DNA from: Candidatus Saccharimonadales bacterium
Lineage (GTDB): Bacteria > Patescibacteriota > Saccharimonadia > Saccharimonadales > DASZAF01
Reading direction: 5' to 3'
Assembly: GCA_035480055.1 (NCBI GenBank)
Contig: DATIIB010000001.1
Location: 19,849-83,848 of the forward strand
DNA length: 64,000 nucleotides
The translations under genes were made by a program, and so were the position numbers. Shown piece by piece: positions 34,188 through 43,950 of this stretch; the stretch's first letter is position 1, and each line of letters opens with the position of its first letter. Under the pieces are notes generated by a model. The model was not told the DNA's origin and did no database searches. It saw nothing but the letters and a program-made list of their open reading frames with translations.

Positions 34188-35093
34188 TCAGAAGCGACGT
34201 CCCCGGACAACTACTGTTCTCTTTTCGATATAGAGCTCGATATTATTAGTAACTTGCAGCGTCTTATAGAGTCTGGCGGTGCGAGCAAACCAAAGCATTC
34301 GAGCCAGCATTTTTTGCTCTACTCGTCGGCCGGTCAGTTGTTGAGCTGCGGTAAGCAGCAGCTCTTTAGCAACGTGATTTGGCAAGGAGGTAAAACGAAG
34401 ACGGTCGAGGGAGATGAAAGAATCTGATGTTGCGAGCGATAGTTGGTTCAACAATATATGATTCAGCTGCTCAATCTCTTGGCGCATCTCGGTTTGCCGC
34501 GCGATCAAAGCCAGCAACTCCTGGCGAAAAGATTCATCAGTTTTGGGTAACAGTTCGTGACGCACGCGGTTACGAAGAAAACGCCTGTCACCATTGGTAC
34601 TATCCTCGTGCCAAAGCAAATGGTGACGCTCGGCATAGGCAATGAGCTCGCGTTTGGAAACTGCCAGCAATGGCCGGCGCACCTCGGCGGTGTCACGCAG
34701 ACTGCATAGTCCGCGCCACCCGGTGCCTCGCAACATATTAATGAGCGCCGTCTCCAGTACGTCGTCTTGGTGGTGGGCGGTAATGATCGCATGAGCACGC
34801 TCGTCCCGTTGGACTTTACGTAAAAAGGTGTAGCGAGCTTTGCGCGCAGACTCCTCGCTTGCCTGGGGGCCCAGCTCGGCCCGCTCGGTCACCACTTGCA
34901 GGCCGTATCGCTGGGCCAGTTGCGACACTAACGCAGCATCGGCCGAAGAATCTTCGCGAATGCCGTGGTCAAAGTGCGCCACAATCAGTTCCAGGTGCGG
35001 TTGGCCAGCAAGCAGGTCAAGCAAGACGACCGAATCGACGCCACCTGATACTGCCACAACATAGCGGCCTTGAGGAAGACTTGCAATATTCAC
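34188..35093 (-). CDS. tilS: tRNA(Ile)-lysidine synthase TilS
   Basis: PP-loop VAVSGGVDSVVLLDLL followed by VAHFDHGIR..S and a TilS-like substrate domain. Length is 301 aa. Confidence 0.9.
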   Translation of the reverse strand: MNIASLPQGRYVVAVSGGVDSVVLLDLLAGQPHLELIVAHFDHGIREDSSADAALVSQLAQRYGLQVVTERAELGPQASEESARKARYTFLRKVQRDERAHAIITAHHQDDVLETALINMLRGTGWRGLCSLRDTAEVRRPLLAVSKRELIAYAERHHLLWHEDSTNGDRRFLRNRVRHELLPKTDESFRQELLALIARQTEMRQEIEQLNHILLNQLSLATSDSFISLDRLRFTSLPNHVAKELLLTAAQQLTGRRVEQKMLARMLWFARTARLYKTLQVTNNIELYIEKRTVVVRGRRF

Positions 35094-35131
35094 TTTGTTA
35101 TTGTACAGCTATAGTAACTCAGTGCAAAGCG

Positions 35132-36271
35132 CTAGCGGGTGCGGCTGCTTTTGGCAAGTTGTTCCCACGGAAATTCTGCACGGCCAAAGTGCCCATAGGC
35201 TGCAGTTTGTTTGTAGATTGGGCGCCGTAGGTCAAGGCCTTTAATGATGCCTCGGACAGAGGTATCGAGTAACCCATCCATAAAGTCTTTGATTACTTTG
35301 TGGCTCGATTTTTCAGTGCCAAAGGTGTCGACCTCTTGCATGACCGGTTTTTTGGCACCAATGTAATAGGCCAGCTGCACTTCAACTTTGTCGGCCAGCC
35401 CTGCGGCCACAATATTTTTGGCCAAGTAACGGGCAGCGTATGCTGCCGAGCGATCAACCTTGGTGCAGTCTTTACCGCTAAACGCCCCACCACCCACTCG
35501 CGCGTAGCCGCCGTAACCATCAACGACGATCTTGCGCCCTGTCAGCCCGGCATCCGCCGCTGGCCCTGAAAAGTGCCACACGCCGGTGCCGTTAACCACC
35601 AAGTCTTTTTTGGGATCAATCTTATAGCCGTAGTCATACAGCAAAGGTTCGATTGCGCCGATATAAATGTCATCTCGGACCTGCTGCAAATCAACCGTTC
35701 GGTTGTGCGGCACGGCCACAGTGACATGGCGTACCGCGAGCGGCTTGCCATCTTTGTATTCCACACTCACCTGCGCTTTGCCATCAGGCCGAAGGTAGCT
35801 CAAAACGCCAGTTTCGCGCAGCTCATCAATTCGCTTGGTCAGACGATGGGCAAGCTCAATCGGCAACGGCATCAACTCCGGCGTTTCATTACAGGCAAAG
35901 CCAAACATCATGCCTTGGTCGCCAGCGCCCTCTCCTTCGCTACTGGCGTCGACTCCCACCGCAATCTCCGATGACTGCTCACGAATATAGTCATCAATGT
36001 GCGACTGCGGGGTAAACTGCAAGGCTGGATTCACATATCCCAGGCGTTCGATCTCTTGGCGCGCAATTGCGGTAACATCGAGTTTGGCAGTGGTATTGAT
36101 TTCACCAAATAGAATCACCCGATTTGCAGTCACCGCAGTTTCGACCGCGGCGCGACCATGAGGATCCTGTCGCATGATTTCATCAAGAACTGCATCGCTG
36201 ATTTGGTCGGCTATTTTATCTGGATGGCCTGCGCAAACAGACTCAGAGGTAAAGACACGGTAGTTGGACAT
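35132..36271 (-). CDS. metK: S-adenosylmethionine synthase (methionine adenosyltransferase)
   Basis: SESV..GHPDK.ADQISDA.LD, GAGDQG.MFG, GGGAFSGKD.TKVDRSAAY and the rest of the MetK core. Confidence 0.97.
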   Translation of the reverse strand: MSNYRVFTSESVCAGHPDKIADQISDAVLDEIMRQDPHGRAAVETAVTANRVILFGEINTTAKLDVTAIARQEIERLGYVNPALQFTPQSHIDDYIREQSSEIAVGVDASSEGEGAGDQGMMFGFACNETPELMPLPIELAHRLTKRIDELRETGVLSYLRPDGKAQVSVEYKDGKPLAVRHVTVAVPHNRTVDLQQVRDDIYIGAIEPLLYDYGYKIDPKKDLVVNGTGVWHFSGPAADAGLTGRKIVVDGYGGYARVGGGAFSGKDCTKVDRSAAYAARYLAKNIVAAGLADKVEVQLAYYIGAKKPVMQEVDTFGTEKSSHKVIKDFMDGLLDTSVRGIIKGLDLRRPIYKQTAAYGHFGRAEFPWEQLAKSSRTR

Positions 36272-36446
36272 ATAAAAACCCTTTCTATGTGCCAGGGGCG
36301 AGAAAGGGTTCGGGATTCAAGAATGATTCCGCAATATCTTCCCCGCACATGGCGGGCTCGATGAAGCACCTTCTTTGTCTCTGTAAAGAGCAAAGGGTTG
36401 CTGGCAGGTTAACGGGCGAGGTCCCTGACTGCACTCTGTATATTGG
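36272..36446 (-). promoter_or_regulatory. SAM-I-type riboswitch with terminator/SD-sequestering hairpin in the metK leader
   Basis: The minus strand reads CAAUAU-ACAGAGUGCAG-UCAGGGACCUCGCCCGUUAACCUGCCAGCAACC...GGUGCUUCAUCGAG-CCCGC-CAUGU-GCGGG-GAAG-AUAUUG. P1 pairs CAAUAU (36440-36445) with AUAUUG (36332-36337). The GAG.GC, GCAACC and GGUGC core strings of the SAM-I/IV clan are present, and P4 is a hairpin. It is followed by AACCCUUUCU-N14-AGAAAGGGUU-UUUUAU-AUG (36277-36310). Confidence 0.7.
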
Positions 36447-36542
36447 TTAATTTGTAAGGTACACGGTAAGTATACCACTACTTGCGAGAGCTGGTATAAT
36501 AAAAATATATGGACCATCATAGACGGTGGCCGAGTTAGCACC

Positions 36543-37457
36543 ATGAGCTGGCTCGGCCTAGCACTATTCGCAGCATTCCTCCTCGCGACTACCAACTTCA
36601 TTGAGACACTCCTGCTTACCAAGCTCACGCACGACCAAAGTGCCGTGACGCTCACTATTTTGGGAGGAATTGCCAGTATTCCTTTTGTGTTGGTGTTTGC
36701 TTTGATCGCCAGGGACCAGCTGTGGCATTTTGGGCTGTGCCATGCCGCGGCGGCGCTTTTTGCCGGACTTTTGCTGATCATGGCCTATTATCTTTATTTT
36801 CGCTCGCTTGCGCTTGCCGATATGTCGCTGGTGAGTGCGCTTTTTCAGCTGGTGATTGTGTTTAACTTTGCGTTTGGGCTGCTGTGGTTGCACGAACATT
36901 TGAACTGGCAACAACTCGCTGGCGTGGGCATTATTATCGTTGGCGCGGTCACGCTGAACCTCGAAATGGAAGGTGCGCGTATTACCTTTAAACGTCAGGT
37001 ATTCTTCTTGATGTGCGCAGCCTCAATCTTGATCGCCCTCAGCAATGTCATTTTTAAAACTGTCGCCAAAGAGACCAGTTACCTGCCGACACAATTTTTT
37101 GAATACGCAGCTGCAGCACTCGCCAGTCTTTTTTTGTTGGCCGTACATCGGCGCGGCCGGGCCGGTTTTATGAGTATTCTGCGCGGCCGTGGCCATCTCG
37201 CTTTTGGCCTGAGTGCCTTCAACGAGGTGGTCACGCTCGGCGCGGTGATGGCCATGAGTTATGCCTTTTTGCTCGCGCCAATCGCCATTGTGCAAGCAGC
37301 GATGAGTACGCAGGCGGTGTACCTGGTGGTGTTTGGATTCATCTGTACACGGTGGTTTCCGCAGCTGCTGCAAGAGAACATCAGCCGAAATCATTTGCTC
37401 TACAAATTCGCCTCAATTGCGATTATTGTGGCGGGCACCATAGTGCTGGCGATATAA
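36543..37457 (+). CDS. EamA/DMT family transporter
   Basis: 304 aa with ten predicted TM helices arranged as two EamA-like halves. Confidence 0.7.
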   Translation: MSWLGLALFAAFLLATTNFIETLLLTKLTHDQSAVTLTILGGIASIPFVLVFALIARDQLWHFGLCHAAAALFAGLLLIMAYYLYFRSLALADMSLVSALFQLVIVFNFAFGLLWLHEHLNWQQLAGVGIIIVGAVTLNLEMEGARITFKRQVFFLMCAASILIALSNVIFKTVAKETSYLPTQFFEYAAAALASLFLLAVHRRGRAGFMSILRGRGHLAFGLSAFNEVVTLGAVMAMSYAFLLAPIAIVQAAMSTQAVYLVVFGFICTRWFPQLLQENISRNHLLYKFASIAIIVAGTIVLAI

Positions 37458-37460
37458 AAC

Positions 37461-39041
37461 CTACAGCGTAAAGCTGAGTAATGCCACGCCTATCAGGAGG
37501 ATGATGACAATCGCCACCATCAACCATCCGCGACGCGACTGCTGTGGGTGTAGCGAAGCTGGATCGCGCCAGGCATTTGGCAATTGTGCATACGGTGTCG
37601 AGGGGAGGTGCGACTGCGTAGGTGTGGTCGGTGCCACAACCTCTTGCTGTTGCTCATCCTGAGATCCGGCGGGAGTAACCAAACCGCGACGACCAGGGTC
37701 GCGCTCCACTCGGTCGGTGAGTTCTTGCTCGGTGGGACCTTCTTTGGAAAATCGTTGACTATCCGGCGTAAGCTCTGCGGTAGGCTGGCGCAAAGGCGCG
37801 CGTTCACTGCGCAGCTGCGACAAGTTATATTGCTCAGCTGTACTAAGTGGGGCTGGCGCGTGGACTTCGGGATTTGTAGCTACAGGACGTTCGCCAGTGC
37901 TAATACTCACCGGGAGCGGGACATGTTCAATCCGTGGCGGTGCAGGTTGTCGCTCTCTTGTCGCTAGTGTTGGTCGGCGAAGGGCATTTGCGGTTTGGTA
38001 GGTAAGCTCCGTTTGGGCTGCCGCAACTTCGACCACTTCTTTGACCCGTTGGCTTCGCTCCGTGACGCTATGCATATTTACACGCTCGCGTTCCAACCGG
38101 GCAATTTCATCGGCATTGCGACGAAGCTGTTCCTGGCGAGCAGCCGCCAATGTGGCCAGTTCTTGACTCTTCTTTTGCTGAGACTGCGCTTCGTGCTTCC
38201 AACGACGACGACTGCGCAGTGCAAGGCCTGTGGTAATAGCCAGCACGGTCACCGCTGTACCGAGTCGTGCTCCGCGTCGACGCTCTAATCGTTCTTTGTA
38301 ACTCATCGTCTCTGCACCGCGGCGAGCCACGGCCGTCGCCACAGTTTCGGCGAGCGGCGTCATGACCAAACGAGCGGTTGGATTTTCAACGTAATCAGCG
38401 TCTTGCTGCTCCGGCTCTGCCGTTGGCGGTTGCGCCTCGTTTCGCGCAGGAAACGGGAGTATCTTGGCTTCTTGCGCCGGGCTATGCTGAGTCGACGTAA
38501 TTTCGGTATGTAGGCGATCGGCCGCGTTTGCCAGGCGCGCACGGGCGGCAGAAAGTTCTATCACATTTCCGTCAGGCGCTTTAGTCTGCGGCGCCTGCAA
38601 TTGATCGGCAGTTGCGGCGCGCACGCGTCCTTCTTCGCGACCCATAAACGACAGAAGGTGCCGCGAAGCACGGAGCACCAGGCTTGGCTGCTCGATCTTC
38701 TTGGCAATTTCGGGATGCAGTGTGGTAACCTCAGCCGAAGAAGCTGGCTGAGCCCGCGGCCGGGGTTCGCTAATCCCCATAAATTTCAGCGCGGCGCGGC
38801 GCAAACGTTTCTTGCGGCGTTCGGGTGGTGGCGTACTTTCAGGAGATGCAGAGGTGGTCGTCGCGTTTTCTGCAGACACACCACTACGCGAAGCTTTACG
38901 CTCCTCACGCCAACGTCGCAATTTGCCCAAAAAACGCTCGCGTTCTTGGCGACGGCGGCGACGGCGTTCTTCGCTATCGCCAAATTGGAATGATTCGTGC
39001 GATTGTGGTTCCATTTTTGCGCCCGCATTCAATAAAGGCAC
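37461..39041 (-). CDS. hypothetical Arg/Glu/Pro-rich protein with a C-terminal TM anchor
   Basis: 526 aa of low-complexity charged sequence. There are an ERRRRRRQERERF stretch, a central TM-like segment (GTAVTVLAITTGLAL) and a coiled-coil-like region. It ends with the TM helix GWLMVAIVIILLIGVALLSF. Confidence 0.45.
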   Translation of the reverse strand: MPLLNAGAKMEPQSHESFQFGDSEERRRRRRQERERFLGKLRRWREERKASRSGVSAENATTTSASPESTPPPERRKKRLRRAALKFMGISEPRPRAQPASSAEVTTLHPEIAKKIEQPSLVLRASRHLLSFMGREEGRVRAATADQLQAPQTKAPDGNVIELSAARARLANAADRLHTEITSTQHSPAQEAKILPFPARNEAQPPTAEPEQQDADYVENPTARLVMTPLAETVATAVARRGAETMSYKERLERRRGARLGTAVTVLAITTGLALRSRRRWKHEAQSQQKKSQELATLAAARQEQLRRNADEIARLERERVNMHSVTERSQRVKEVVEVAAAQTELTYQTANALRRPTLATRERQPAPPRIEHVPLPVSISTGERPVATNPEVHAPAPLSTAEQYNLSQLRSERAPLRQPTAELTPDSQRFSKEGPTEQELTDRVERDPGRRGLVTPAGSQDEQQQEVVAPTTPTQSHLPSTPYAQLPNAWRDPASLHPQQSRRGWLMVAIVIILLIGVALLSFTL

Positions 39042-39097
39042 TGTTAAGTATCCTCTATGGGGAGCGTTTTTACAAGAGGTGGAAGGCGGTCGGGAAC

Positions 39098-39937
39098 CTA
39101 CTCTCGCCCGATCAACTCCCCAAAGGCCTCTACTAATCTGCGGGTCACCGGCCCAACTTTGCCATCGCCAATTGTTGTTTCGTCAAATTGCACAATCGGC
39201 ATTACTTCTTTGGTGGTGCCGGTAATAAACATTTCTTGAAAATGTTGCAGCTCTTTGGCATAGAGATTTTCTTCGCGCGAAGGAATATCTAGCTTTTTAC
39301 ACAAATCCAGCACGACATTACGTGTCATACCAATCAACACGTCATCGCGCGGAGTGATGACTACGCCATCTTGGACCACGAATAAGTTAGCAATCGTCCC
39401 TTCATATATCCGTCCCGAGTGTGCGTCCATGTACACTGCTTCAACTGCCCCAACCTTTTTGGCTTCGCGATGCGCGAGCACTGCCACCAAATAATTAAGC
39501 GACTTAGCCTGGGGTATATGACGAACATGCGGAGTGGTAATTACTTTGCCGCCGGTTTTGTACAGCCGAGGTTCAGGCGAGACGATTGGGCCAAAGCTCA
39601 CAATCAATGATGGCTTACCGGGTGTGATAGCGTACGCGTCAGAGGCGACACCGCCAGTAAGCGTCAGTCGAACGCCAGTTTCAGGGAGACTGTTCCGCGT
39701 AATCCCCTCGTTCACAATGGTAGTGAGCTCGTGCTTATCCAGCGGAATCGGCAATTCCAAGTACCCAGCTGACCGATAAAAGCGGTCAATATGCGCCTCG
39801 AGTTCGAAAGGCTTTCCCTGATACGTACGCAAGAAATCAAACACTCCAAAGCCTCGAACGACGCTCAAGTCGCGTGCTGAGATAAGAAGTTTTTCCTCTG
39901 GAACCCATTCCCCATTAAAATAATGTTGCAACGCCAT
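39098..39937 (-). CDS. class IV (fold type IV) PLP aminotransferase: branched-chain or D-amino-acid aminotransferase
   Basis: 279 aa. SARD..V.RGFGVFDF.RTY.GKPF.L..H.DRF..SA is the typical N-terminus. EGT..N.F.V.DG...TP and GITR are also present. Confidence 0.8.
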   Translation of the reverse strand: MALQHYFNGEWVPEEKLLISARDLSVVRGFGVFDFLRTYQGKPFELEAHIDRFYRSAGYLELPIPLDKHELTTIVNEGITRNSLPETGVRLTLTGGVASDAYAITPGKPSLIVSFGPIVSPEPRLYKTGGKVITTPHVRHIPQAKSLNYLVAVLAHREAKKVGAVEAVYMDAHSGRIYEGTIANLFVVQDGVVITPRDDVLIGMTRNVVLDLCKKLDIPSREENLYAKELQHFQEMFITGTTKEVMPIVQFDETTIGDGKVGPVTRRLVEAFGELIGRE

Positions 39938-39998
39938 TATGAGTCCCTCGATTAAAGATATATGTATAAGGTTCCATCATAGCACGTGGCAACAAAGT

Positions 39999-40619
39999 CT
40001 AAATCTTACGGAAAACCTGCGTCAAATACTCATGATGCTTGGGATTATTCGGCGGGTCGTAGGTTTCGCTGTATTCCAGAGTAAAGCCCTCGCTTGTCAC
40101 TAACTTTTCAAGCTCATCAGCGCTGTAGTATTTAAAGTAGCGCTTGGCGCCAGGCATACTCTTGCGTTCGTTTATCGCCTCGCCGTCGCCAATAATTACG
40201 CCGATTGCCAAGACACCTTGGGGTTGCAGATAGCGATGCACTTTCTTTAGCGCGGCGGTCACTTGCTCTGAGGCCACATGGATCAGCGAGGTGTACGCCC
40301 ATACGCCATCAAAGGCACCATCGGTAAAATCCATGGTTTCAAAGTCAGCATGGATTGACTCGAAGCCTAGCTTGTGAGTCATCTTGACCATTTCGATCGA
40401 AGCATCCACGCAAGTCGCCTCAAGGCCAAGATCACGCAGCAGCAACGCATCACGACCACTGCCGCTACCCAGGTCCAATACCTTAGGGCCTGCCAACCTG
40501 GAACGAAATGCCTCTAGTGTAGTTTTGGGAAACATTTCCCAAAATTCGATAACCTCTTGATCATACAGCTGAGCATAGTGGTCGTAGGCATCGATAGTAG
40601 CGCTGGTCATAAAAATCAT
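39999..40619 (-). CDS. class I SAM-dependent methyltransferase
   Basis: Motif I VLDLGSGSGRDALLL and motif post-II FDGVWA. I prefer the ATG at 40619, preceded by AGGTG. The track start at 40667 overlaps the divergent gene's start. Confidence 0.8.
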   Translation of the reverse strand: MIFMTSATIDAYDHYAQLYDQEVIEFWEMFPKTTLEAFRSRLAGPKVLDLGSGSGRDALLLRDLGLEATCVDASIEMVKMTHKLGFESIHADFETMDFTDGAFDGVWAYTSLIHVASEQVTAALKKVHRYLQPQGVLAIGVIIGDGEAINERKSMPGAKRYFKYYSADELEKLVTSEGFTLEYSETYDPPNNPKHHEYLTQVFRKI

Positions 40620-40665
40620 TCTACACCTACTTGCCGCCAAGCAAAACGTATGCAATTGTAAAAGC

Positions 40666-41397
40666 ATGACACAGGCTCCTTACCCATCCATCCAGAGGTT
40701 GGGAACAATTTTAAGTATATGGGCGCACCCTGATGACGAGAGCTGGGCAGCGGCCGCGATTATGATGGCAGCTCGCGCTAACGGCCAACAGGTCGCTTGC
40801 GTTACCGCCACGCGAGGCGAACAAGGCAGCCAAGACGAAACTCGGTGGCCGTTGGAACACTTGGGTTTAATTCGCCAAAAAGAGCTCGAAGCCAGCCTAA
40901 AGATCATGGACATTACCGAGCACTCCTGGCTCGATTATTCTGACGGCCAGTGCGCCCGGGTCCACGCCGATGCCGCTGCGGCCAAGCTGGTAAGCCTCAT
41001 CCGGCGCGTACAGCCAGACACCATCCTTACTTTTGGTCCAGATGGCATGACCGGGCACGCCGATCATCGCACCGTTTCGCACTGGACCGACATCGCCCTG
41101 CAGCAACTAGACACCGCCACTCCCCCGCAGGTGTATCACGTTGTTGAATCAAAGGAATGGTACGAGGAACTTGGCAAAAAATGGGATGAGCAGTTTGACG
41201 TCTTCTTTAATATCGATCAACCGCGACTAGTGCCAGAAGCCGAAATCGATCTGTGCTTTAAAGTCCCGCCAGCACTTCTGGACCGCAAACTGGAAGCTTT
41301 GCGCGCCCAAACCAGCCAAACCGAAAGCATGTTTACCTCCATGCCGCTCGAAGAACTTCGCGAGATCGCCAGCTGCGAATGCTTCATGCGCGCGTAA
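40666..41397 (+). CDS. PIG-L family deacetylase (LmbE-like)
   Basis: The AHPDDES motif and the GHADH zinc/active-site motif are present. Length is 243 aa. Confidence 0.85.
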   Translation: MTQAPYPSIQRLGTILSIWAHPDDESWAAAAIMMAARANGQQVACVTATRGEQGSQDETRWPLEHLGLIRQKELEASLKIMDITEHSWLDYSDGQCARVHADAAAAKLVSLIRRVQPDTILTFGPDGMTGHADHRTVSHWTDIALQQLDTATPPQVYHVVESKEWYEELGKKWDEQFDVFFNIDQPRLVPEAEIDLCFKVPPALLDRKLEALRAQTSQTESMFTSMPLEELREIASCECFMRA

Positions 41398-41427
41398 CCA
41401 ATCGCCCCATGCTACACTTGTGATGCT

Positions 41428-42951
41428 ATGAAACAGAGTCTGGCCCTCGAAATTATGCTTAGCGGCGAAAGCGTCCTGCTTACCGGCCAAGCCGGCGCGG
41501 GCAAAACATATGTGCTGAACGAATTTATTCGCGCTGCCAAACGCGAAGGTAAAGTGGTGGCCGTGACTGCCACTACCGGGCTGGCAGCCACGCACCTCAG
41601 CGGCAATACCATTCACGCCTGGAGCGGGATTGGCGTGCACGACGAACTGCCTCGCAACTTCTTTAGGCAGCTGTCGCAAGGTCGCCAAGACACAATCCGC
41701 AAGACCGACATTTTGGTGATTGATGAGATTTCGATGCTTCATGATTATCGACTGGATATGGTGGATGATATTGCCCGCAAGGTTCGCGAAAGCGACCAAC
41801 CTTTTGGCGGGATTCAGGTGATTTTGTGTGGTGATTTTTTTCAGCTGCCGCCAGTGAATCGTGATGGCACGCGGAGTGGACGGTTTGTGGTGCATTCACG
41901 GGCCTGGCAGGAGCTCGACCCAGTAATCTGCTATCTCAGCGAGCAGCACCGCCAAGATGATGATAATTTTTTGGATATTCTGACCGCCATTCGTGCTGGT
42001 GATGTGCGCCGCCGGCATGCCGAGGCGCTTTTGGCGCGCATCGATGCCGCAGTGCCTGGTGATCAAGAGGTCACCCAATTGCACACCACCAATATCGATG
42101 TGGATAGCATCAATGCCCATGCCCTCGACGAACTTCCGGGTGATGAGTTTAGCTACACCATGATCACCACTGGCTCGGATAATTACGTCCAGACGCTCAA
42201 GCGTTCGTGCTTGGCGCTCGAAGAACTGGTGCTCAAACAAGGGGCCTTAGTAATGTGCATCAAAAACTCGCCTGACAAAAAGTTCGTGAACGGCAGCCTG
42301 GGCGTGGTGCTCGATTTTGAAGACGACACCTATTATCCAATCGTCCAGCTGCGCAATGGACACAAGCTGACTATCCGCCCTGACACCTGGGAACTACGCG
42401 ATGGCACCAAAAAACGAGCCAGCCTGACGCAGATTCCGCTGCGCCTTGCGTGGGCCATTACGATTCACAAAAGTCAGGGCATGACTCTCGACGCAGCGCG
42501 CATTGACCTCCGCCGCGCTTTTGTGGAAGGCATGGGCTATGTGGCACTTTCTCGAGTCAAGCGGCTCGACGCGCTCAGCCTGGCAGGCATCAACAAGATG
42601 GCAATTCAGGTCAGTCCCGACGCGCTGGCCATCGATGCACACTTGCAAGAAAAATCAGCCGAGGATCATCAAAAGTTCGCACACCTTGAGGCTCAAGCCG
42701 CAAAGCGCAAAAAAGAAAAGCCAGCCAAAAAAACGACTGGCAAAACCCCGTGGTCGGAGCGCATTGCCACTATGCGCGAGACATATCCCAAAGCTTTTAC
42801 GCCGTGGGCGAAAGCCGATAACGAACAATTGCTGGCGCTGTTTAAAGATGGGGCGGACGTGAAAACAATCTCCGCAACCTTGGGACGACAACCTGGCGGG
42901 ATTCGGGCCCGGCTCAAAAAACATCTCGGCGAGGATGCACTGGGCAGTTAA
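41428..42951 (+). CDS. PIF1/RecD-like SF1 DNA helicase with a C-terminal HTH-like tail
   Basis: Walker A LTGQAGAGKTYV, Walker B LVIDEISML, VILCGDFFQLPPV and AWAITIHKSQGMTLD. The basic tail has a LGRQPGGIRARL helix-turn-helix-like repeat. Confidence 0.85.
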   Translation: MKQSLALEIMLSGESVLLTGQAGAGKTYVLNEFIRAAKREGKVVAVTATTGLAATHLSGNTIHAWSGIGVHDELPRNFFRQLSQGRQDTIRKTDILVIDEISMLHDYRLDMVDDIARKVRESDQPFGGIQVILCGDFFQLPPVNRDGTRSGRFVVHSRAWQELDPVICYLSEQHRQDDDNFLDILTAIRAGDVRRRHAEALLARIDAAVPGDQEVTQLHTTNIDVDSINAHALDELPGDEFSYTMITTGSDNYVQTLKRSCLALEELVLKQGALVMCIKNSPDKKFVNGSLGVVLDFEDDTYYPIVQLRNGHKLTIRPDTWELRDGTKKRASLTQIPLRLAWAITIHKSQGMTLDAARIDLRRAFVEGMGYVALSRVKRLDALSLAGINKMAIQVSPDALAIDAHLQEKSAEDHQKFAHLEAQAAKRKKEKPAKKTTGKTPWSERIATMRETYPKAFTPWAKADNEQLLALFKDGADVKTISATLGRQPGGIRARLKKHLGEDALGS

Positions 42952-42969
42952 TGCTACACTAGAAAGTAC

Positions 42970-43950
42970 GTGGCGCACATCTATGATCACTACCGGCATC
43001 CTCTTTCCCGGCGAGCCAGGCGACGCCGTATGCGATTCGCACTAGCTGCCATAGCCGTTTTTTCTATCGGCATTTTTACCTTGATTTCACACCGTTCGCG
43101 TCCAGCTGGACCAATTCTTTCGCAGCCCGCTGTCGCGTTGGCGCCCGTTCAAGCGCCGGCGCCTTTTCGTGTCTCGCCGACATGGCCGGGACATGTGGCG
43201 AGTGCGGCCGTCGGGGCCTCGGGTTACGGTGTGCTAGCCACCACTGGTCAAACAAGTCCCCGACCAACCGCCAGCCTTGCTAAGGTCATTACGTGCCTGG
43301 CGATTCTCCAAAAACGCCCGCTCAAATTGGGCGAGCAAGGCCCTTCCATCCCCATCACCGCCAAAGACGAAGAACGCTATCATTACTACGTTGACCAAAA
43401 TGGTTCGGTTGCCAATGTCCAAGCTGGCACCTCAATCACCGAGCGCCAAGCACTCGAAGCTATGCTACTTCCTTCGGCCAATAACATCGCGGATACTTCG
43501 GCCGTGTGGGCGTTTGGTTCACTGGATAATTATCGCACCTACGCGAGCACCATGCTGCAGCAGATGAAACTCACCGACACCAAGGTCGGCAAAGACGCCA
43601 GTGGCTTGGACCCGAGTACCACCAGCACGGCGCACGATTTGGTGCTGCTTGGTGAAATTGCCCTCAAAAACCCGGTCATTGCCGAGATTGCGGCCAGCAA
43701 AGAAACTTCCGACATCCCAGTCGCAGGCGTAATGCCCAACTATAATCGGCTGGTCACCCAACATGGGTATACTGGGCTCAAACTTGGCGATAGCGATGAA
43801 GCCGGCATCACTCTGATGATTTCAACAGACTACACCTTCAAAGGCAAACCCGTCACCTTGGTGGGCGCGGTAATGGGCGCCGATCGCGCCTTCGGGCCGC
43901 AAGACAGCACGTATGATTTTATGGAATCGGTAAAAACGAGTATGCGCTAG
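42970..43950 (+). CDS. D-alanyl-D-alanine carboxypeptidase (serine peptidase S11-like)
   Basis: N-terminal TM anchor. SxxK (ASLAKVIT), SxN (LPSANN) and a K(T/L)G-like LKLGDS motif are present. The start codon is GTG. Confidence 0.75.
   Translation: MAHIYDHYRHPLSRRARRRRMRFALAAIAVFSIGIFTLISHRSRPAGPILSQPAVALAPVQAPAPFRVSPTWPGHVASAAVGASGYGVLATTGQTSPRPTASLAKVITCLAILQKRPLKLGEQGPSIPITAKDEERYHYYVDQNGSVANVQAGTSITERQALEAMLLPSANNIADTSAVWAFGSLDNYRTYASTMLQQMKLTDTKVGKDASGLDPSTTSTAHDLVLLGEIALKNPVIAEIAASKETSDIPVAGVMPNYNRLVTQHGYTGLKLGDSDEAGITLMISTDYTFKGKPVTLVGAVMGADRAFGPQDSTYDFMESVKTSMR

Noticed and set aside
36317-36781. 154-aa minus-strand ORF upstream of metK
   Set aside because: It overlaps the SAM riboswitch and the 5' part of the EamA transporter gene on the other strand. 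The region is better explained by those two features.
41227-41895. 222-aa minus-strand ORF spanning the PIG-L/helicase junction
   Set aside because: It is antisense to two well-supported plus-strand genes and has no recognisable motif.
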